This document shows, piece after piece, positions 40,801 through 49,800 of a stretch of DNA of 64,000 nt. The notes beneath the pieces were generated by a model. That model saw nothing but the letters and a program-made list of their open reading frames with translations, did no database searches and was not told where the DNA came from. Source of the stretch: an uncultured bacterium (GTDB lineage: Bacteria > Bacillota_I > Bacilli_A > Acholeplasmatales > Anaeroplasmataceae); contig CASEZJ010000003.1 of the NCBI GenBank assembly GCA_949292525.1, forward strand, positions 7,594-71,593, read 5' to 3'. Numbering within the stretch: position 1 is the first letter of the stretch; each line of letters opens with the position of its first letter. The position numbers and the translations under genes are program-made.

Positions 40801-43800
40801 CAAAGAGCTGTAGATGCATTACATAATAGACCTATTTTAGCAGGTTATACATATTCAAGCTATATAGCTGAAAACAGCGATATTAACATGAATACTCCTT
40901 TAACTGATAATGAAAACATCTTCAATGCTAACTATAATGCTGATACTTATACTATAACTTATATTGGAGAAGGCATTACAACTGATACTACAACTGCTAA
41001 ATATGATGCTGAAATAACATTACCTACACCAACAAGAACAGGTTATAAATTCACAGGTTGGAAGATTGTAGGTCAAACAGATGATCAGACGTACGAAGAT
41101 AAATATACTGTTAAAGGTAATGTAGTATTTGAAGCGACTTGGGAAGAAAAATTATTCAATTTGATTTTAACAGTTAAAGAAGAATATCGAGGTGCTGTTT
41201 TAGAAGCTTTAGCTAAAATAGATGATAGCTTTACATCTTGGCCAGCTGATAATACCTTTATAATTAAATTTAACACTAATTTACAAGAGTTAAATAGGAT
41301 TAAAACTAATAATTCTCTATTAATTTGGAAAAATGATAATGTTCCTTATACATTTAGTACAATGCCAGCAGATAAGCTAGACTTAACGGCAGAATTAAGT
41401 CAAAGAGACTATGTGGTAATTACAGCTGGAGTAAAGAATGAAAAAACAGAAGAAGTAATATTCACATATCATCTATATGCATTTAAACAAGAAGGACAAG
41501 AGTATTACAAAATTGAATCAATACCAGAAGAATTACCAGAAGAATTAAGAGATGGATATAGCTTTAATATTAATTCTGTAGATTGGCATGAAAATGGTAC
41601 AAATAAAGGTAATTTAGCAAATGCAGTATTTACTAATTCTACAGCCATTTATGCATTCGCAACGCCTGATGACTATACTATTGTTTATACAACCTATGAA
41701 AATGGTGTATTAAAGACAGATACAATAATAGGTTATCATGATCAAATTTTAGTTGATGTATTAAAGGATATTAATAGATCAAGACCAGGTTATGAATTTA
41801 AAAATTGGACTATGAATGGTATTGCAGTAGAAGATAATAAAAAAATCACTTCTAATATAACTGTTGTAGCTGATTGGACCCCAGTTACTTATAAAATAGA
41901 GTTTAAATATGGTGATTTTAATAAAACAACAGAAGCTATAGAATATGATACAGTAATTAATCAAATTCCAACATTTAACGAGTTAAATAGTGGAAAAGAA
42001 GAAGCTTATTATTCAATGAAATTTATGGTAGGAAGTGTTCAATGGAATAAAATTTTTGGTGACGATTTAAGGATGGTTGCTTTAAATGATATACAGGAAC
42101 AATACCCAAAAGAAATTAGAGAAAGTGAAAGTGGTAATGAATATATTATTACTGTAACTATTGAATTAGTTGCTAAAAATTTCACAATTAATTTCATTGG
42201 AACTAATATAGGTGTACCTAATTTTGAAGAATTTAGTGTTCCATTCAATAAAGAATCTAATTTTACAGAAATTACAAAGCTAATAAATAATGGTATTACT
42301 ACTAGTACAAGTAGCTTCAATGATATTATTCATTATAACTGCCTAAAATTTGGTGATGTAACTGTTGCTGAAACTTATGTTTTTAAAGACTTAATTAAAT
42401 TATTTGAAAATCAATATGATGTAGAAGTACGATTAGAATATGAAGCTAAAAAATATAATTTAGTTTATAATGAGCATAATCCAGAATTTACAATTAATTA
42501 TAAGAATGTTAATTTAGATACATTTGCCCCAATATATTCTGGTACGGATGATGCAAAGCATTACTATTTTGCTGGTTGGTATATTAATGGTGATACAAGC
42601 CAAACATTATATAACAATATTATTCCGGTTGATATATTATTAAATTATATTCAAGATGGAAAAGTAGAAATTCTGCCAAAATATGAACCTAGAAATTATG
42701 GAATCATTTTCTATAATAAACTTGGTAATAGCTTAGACACATCATTACCTTATGGCACTAAACTTGATTCTAATGAGTTAAATCTAGATTTAATACTAGA
42801 AGATAATAATGGTTATTATGAATTTAAAGGTTGGGAATATGATGGTAATAAGTATCTAGTTATTGATGATAATATAGATTTAAGTGATTTAACTGTTAAT
42901 GGACATATGTTATTTAATGCTATCTGGGAAGCTAAAGAATTTACTATTACCTATAATAATATAGATGGTTTAACAAATCCGAATCCAAGTACTATAACTA
43001 TTGAAACAAATCCAATTGAATTAAAACCTATCGCTAAATTAGGTTATACATTTGATGGTTGGTATATTGGTGAAACAGTTGTAACAGAATTAGATTTAAA
43101 AACATTAACTGATAAAGATAATATTATTTTAGAAGCTAAATTTACTCCTAATACTTATAAAGTATCATTTGATACTGCAGGTGGTACAGTAGTAGATGAA
43201 CAAAGCTATAAATATGATGATAATAGCTTTACTGGATTACCTACTACTAACAAAGATGGTTATATGTTTGTAGGTTGGTATTATGACAATATTCATATTC
43301 AAACTTTAGAAGATATTGCTAAATATGCAATAGATAATGAAATCAAATTAACAGCTGTATATGAAGATAATAAATATACAATTAAATTTGATTATCAACA
43401 TGGTGAACTTACTGATTCTAATATAGAAAATAACGAAGTAAGTTTAGGTTATTCAGATCCATTTAATTTACCAGGAATTAATAACTTAAGTGCTGATTAT
43501 CAATTTTTATATTGGAAAGTTACAATTAATGATGTAACTACATATTATCAAGCAGGTCAAATGGTAAGTAGACTAGCTACATCTGGTGAAGTAACATTTA
43601 CAGCTATTTATAGTTATACAGTTAAGTTATATGATGATAACACTCCAAAATATGAATTAAATTTAGTATTAGATGGCACAAGTGTAACTTTACCAAGCCT
43701 TCCTGATAAAGAACATTATACTTTTAAAGGTTGGACAACTGGAAATGATTCTAAGGTTTATGTTGCTGGTGAAAATTATAGCTTAACTAAACCATTATAT

Positions 43801-46800
43801 GCTAAATATGAACCTAATACTTATACTATAACTTATGAAATTCATGATGAAAATAATAATAGCTATCATTATGACGTTGTGACTTATACATATAGTAAAA
43901 ATGTTCAAGATTTAAGTTTAAAGGAATTACCAACAAATTCTGATTTATATAATTATGATGGTTGGTATTTAAAGGATGACAAAGTAGAAGACATAAATAC
44001 AATTTATGGTCAAAATGTTACTTTATATGCTAATAGAACAACTAATGATATAACAACTACTATTGTTGTAAATGATGTTCCAAATGTTGATGAATATAAA
44101 ACATATTTAGAAGGCATCAAAGGTGATGCTACTAATGTAGAAATTGTAGTAGATAGTACTACAGTTAAAGTAATATTTACTACTAAATATAATGAATCAA
44201 GAGAAATAATTAATCAGTTCTTTGGTCAAGTTTATCCAACAACAAGCGAAGGAATAAATTACACTCTTGATAAACTTAATATAAATTCAATAACTCCTAA
44301 TAAGAATGAAGAATATCCATTATCATTCTATACAGGTTCAGTTAAGGTAACTTTATATCTTGTTAAAGGAACAAATGTAACTACAATTGGTACATTAAAT
44401 GAATTAGTTATAACAGAAGGTTTAGTTAACGATCGATTAACTAATATTGATACTCTAGGTTATGAATTTAAGGGTTGGAAAGAAAAAGACTCTAATGGAG
44501 AATATGTAGACTATTCATTTACTAATGATGAATTAACAAAAGCTTTAGAATTATATGCCCTTTATGAAGCAATTAGTTATACGATTAGTTATGATGACAC
44601 TAACATTACTGAACAAGTAGCATTTGATGATGGAAAAACAGTTCAAACATTGAATGAACCAGGTCAAAAATTATTAGGTTGGTCTTTAACAGAAGGTGGA
44701 CCTGTTCAATATAGCGCAGGTGAATCAATTAATAATGTTTTAAGAGATCATTTAACTAATGAAGTAAATTTAATGGCTAATGGAAATACAATAACCTTGT
44801 ATCCAGTAACTAGAGAATATTATTTAACTATTAAATTTGATAATGGTAATAGTAGTGCTACTGGTAATATGAGTAGTATTAAAGTTGCTTATTCAGACTT
44901 AAATGGTTATGTCCTACCAGCAAATAAATATGAATTAGTAGGATATACATCTACTTCATGGAAATATAATGAATCTAATGCAAATATTACTGAAATAAGT
45001 GGTGCTTTATTAACTACATTACAACAAAAAATTGCAAGTGAAGATAGTGAAATTATTTTAACTGCTAATTGGGAAGCTAACAAATATAGTGTTACTTACA
45101 TAAATGCAACCATTACAAATGAAAGCACATTTGATGAATATACATATGGTAATGGTCTAACATTACCAGCATTAAATGATTTAGCTGAAAGAGCAGGCTT
45201 TACGTTTGCAGGTTGGTTCATGGCAAGTGATTGTACTGGTGATGTAGTAACTACTATTAACAACACTGAAACAGGTAATAAGACATATTATGCTAAATGG
45301 ACACAAAATAAATATTATTTACAATTTGAAAAATCAGAAACTATAAAATATGTAGATGCGAATGGTAATGATTTTACATTTAGTGATGTTACTGGTGAAG
45401 GATTAGATACTAACTTCTATTATCTAGAAGTAACATATGGCTCAGTTATACCTAAATTGCCAATATTAAAAGAAGCTAATTATATTTTCCATGCTTGGAC
45501 ATATAATAATGTTACTATTAGTGAAGGTAATGTTTATAGTTATGTATCTAACATAATATTAAATGCTAATAAATCAAAACAACCATATACAATATTTATT
45601 GATTTTGATAATGGTAATCAAAATGTTAATGAAGTCACAGAATATGGTGCTTCTATAAATGAATATTTAGATAACTATAGTAATATTACGAAAACAGGTT
45701 ATACTTTAACTGGTTGGTATATTAATGGTACTTCATATACATTAGAACAATTAGAACAAAATGAATTAGCAATTACTTCAAGCACAACAATTAAAGCTGT
45801 TTGGACACCTAATAAATATGATTTAATTATTGATGGTACAACAAACGAGGACTATTTAACATTTGGTCAAGATAATTCATTAGAAGATATAATTGATGAA
45901 TTGACTAAAGATGGTTATCATTTGTTAGGATTTACTGATGAAGAAAATAGTCAAGATGTTAAATTTACAAATTCTTATAAGTTAGAAAAAGATGTTGATA
46001 TAACCCTATATCCAATTTGGGAAGCAAATACTTTAACTATTATTTTCAATAATAATAATGGTTCTGGTACAATGAAACACCAAATTGTAAGTTACGATCA
46101 ATTAGACGATTTTGAATTAGCTGAAAACACATTCACTAAACGTGGTCATGATTTTATTGGTTGGTTATATAATAGTAATCAAAATATTAGCTTTGATAAC
46201 GGAAAATTAGATTTAACTAACTTTATTGCATATGTTAAAGAACAATTAAAAAATGAAAGTTTTACAATTGAATTAGAAGCTAATTGGCAAGCAAACACAT
46301 ATAGTATAACTTATGAATTTGGTGAATTAACGGATGTAATAAATCCAAACGAAAAAACTTATACATATGGTGAAGGTTTAACATTAAAAGATCCTTCAAG
46401 ACTTGGTTATACATTCATTGGTTGGAAAGTAAATAATAATGATGTTGTTAAAGAATATGTAATAGGTGAAGATACTATTGGTGACATAACATTACAAGGC
46501 GTATTTGAAGCTAATATATATAATATAACTTATAAATTTGGTGAATTAACGGATGTAATAAATCCAAATCAAAACACTTATACATATGGTGAAGGTTTAA
46601 CATTAAAAGATCCTTCAAGACTTGGTTATACATTTGATGGTTGGTATTTAAATAACGCAAAAGTTAATGAAATATCAACAACCACTACAGATGACTTAAC
46701 TTTAGAAGGAAGATTCACACCAATAGAATATACTATATCATTTAATTCTGATGGTGGAACTAATATAGAAGAAGTTAAATATAATTATGGTCAAGAACTA

Positions 46801-49800
46801 ATTTTATCTAAACCTTCAAAACCTGGTTATACATTTATTGGTTGGTACTTTAATGATGAAGTTATAACTCCAGATATAATAGCACAAAATGCTATAGATA
46901 ATGCAATCATGTTAACAGCTCGTTATGAAGCAAATGATATAAAAATCACGATTACAATTAGTGATATTGCCACTAGCAATTTAGCCGCTATTATCAATAG
47001 AGAGTTAAATAACAATTTAAAAGGTTATGAATTTACAATTTCTGAAGCTAACGATGGAGCTGTTATTACAGTAACTATCAGTATTAAGTATTCTCCAAAT
47101 GAAGATATAAGTGGTTTAAATAATATTATTAAAACAATAACATATAAAGAAAATGATATAACTTATACATTTGGTGGATATAAATCTAATAATCAAAGTT
47201 ATAATTTTAGTTATTTACCTAATGAAGATATAAATATTACAGCTAATTATTTAACTAGTGAAATGGTGGTATATTTATATGTAGATGATAATGCTCCAAT
47301 ATCTTATATACCAACATTAGAAGATGGTAAATATAGCTTAACTAAGCAAGAATTAGATGGAGAGATTAGTACTAAAATAGGCTATACTTTAAGTGCTTGG
47401 TATGACCAAAATGGGGATGAATTTAACTTTAGTATAGAACAAAATAAATCTATAAGTTTATATGCTAATTTTATTCCAAATACTTATGCTATCACTTTAA
47501 ATGTAAATGGTGGAGATGAATTATCTAATGATAAGTTCGAAGTCACTTATGATAGTCAAATTGGCACAGAATTAGTAGAACCTACAAGAACAGGTTATAC
47601 ATTTACTGGTTGGTTTGATAGTAATAATAACCGAGTAACTAAAGAAACTATTTATAAATACGCAAAAGATATCACTTTAACAGCTCAATGGGAAGCTATG
47701 ACTTATGTAATAACTTATGAAACTGTTGGTGGTTCAACTATCAATGAAGTGTTAGAAATGACTTATGATAAGCCTAGTCATATTACTAACACAACTCCGA
47801 CAAAACGTGGTTATAATTTCTTAGGTTTTGCGACTACACCAAACGCTGAAGAAGCTATATATAGCTTAGGTCAAGAAGTAACAAATATATTATTTGAAGC
47901 TTCAAATAAGACTTTATATGCAGTGTGGAAAGCTAAAACATATACAATTAGCTATCAAGGTTATAGCAATACACAAACATTTAGTTATAATGAAGTTTTA
48001 CCAGAATTACTTGAAGTAAGTTTAGAAGGTAATACATTCATATCTTGGTATTATAACGATATTAGAGTAGAATCAGGACAATTATTAAGCACATTATTAA
48101 CCGATGAAGATGAAAAAGACTTAAATATTACCTTAGTTCCAAAATTTGAAAAGAATAGCTACATTGTATCATTTGATACACTTGGTGGAACTAATATTGA
48201 AGCTATAAACGTAACATATGGTGATTTAATTAATGTTGATAATCCGACTAAAACAGGTTACAACTTCATAAGTTGGCAAATAGATGGTAACGATGTTGAC
48301 TTAGTCACTTATAAAATGCCTGATCATAATGTGAAACTTGTAGCTAGATATGAAATAGTAGAATATAATATTTCATATGTAGGAACTGATTATTCACATT
48401 CTAATAAAGAAACTTATACAGTAAAAGATGTAGTTGAATTTAAAGACGCTACAAAAGTTGGTTATACATTTGCAGGTTGGTATTTAGATAGTAACTTTGA
48501 AACAAAAGTTACATCAACATTAGACTATGCTAAAGATTTAGTATTATATGCTAAATTTGAAGTTATAACATATAACATTTCATATAGTTTAGATGGTGGC
48601 ACTAATGCTAATACAAACCCTAATAGTTATACAGTTGAAGATGTAGTTGAATTTGAAGATGCTACTAAAGTTGGTTATACATTTGCCGGTTGGTATTTAG
48701 ATAGTAATTTTGAAACAAAAGTTGCATCTACATTAGACTATGCTAAAGATTTAGTATTATATGCTAAATTTGAAGTTATAACATATACAATAACATTAGG
48801 AGAAGATGAAATTAAATATACTGTAGAAAAAGTAGTAGAATTACCAGTATTAACAAAACCAGGATATGAATTTGGTGGTTGGTTAATTGCTGGTGAAGCT
48901 AGATTTAATACAATAGATTTAGTTGGTAATTATAATGGTAGTGCTATTTGGACTTTATTAGAATATAACATTTCATATAGTTTAGATGGTGGTACTAATG
49001 CTAATACAAATCCTAATAGTTATACAGTTGAAGATGTAGTTGAATTTGAAGATGCTACTAAAGTTGGTTATACATTTGCTGGTTGGTATTTAGATAGTAA
49101 TTTTGAAACAAAAGTTACATCTACATTAGACTATGCTAAAGATTTAGTGTTATATGCAAAATTTGAAGTTATAACTTACACAATAACATTTGATACATCT
49201 GATACTAGTTTACCTAAATTTGAAGATGTTGAAATTGCGTATGGTGAAACATTAGGCTCTAAATTGCCAAATGTTGATGTTCCATTTGGCACAACATTTG
49301 ATTATTGGTATTATACTAATAGCGAAAACGAAGATGTTGTTGTTACAAAAGACTTTGTTTATAATTTAACTACAAATATAACTTTAAAACCTAAAGTTTA
49401 TGATACGACATATTACTTTATTTATAACCTTGATGGTGGTATCAATAACGATAGTAATATATTTGAAATTACTCTACCTGATTTAAATGAACCAAAAGAA
49501 TTATATAATCCTACTAAAGTTGGTTATAAATTTGTTAGTTGGTATTTAGATAGTGAAATGACTATTGAGGTAGTTCAATTAACAAAAGAAGTTCTAGAAT
49601 ATGCAAATAATAAAAATCAAATCAGTCTTTATGCTAAATATGAAATTGAAACCTACACAATAAAATATTTAGATAATGATAAAACAACCGTCTTAAAAGA
49701 AACTGAAATGCAATATAATACGTTAGCTGAAATCTTTACCCCTACTAAAGATGGCTATATATTTGATGCTTGGTTAAAAGAAGATGGTAAACGTTATGAC

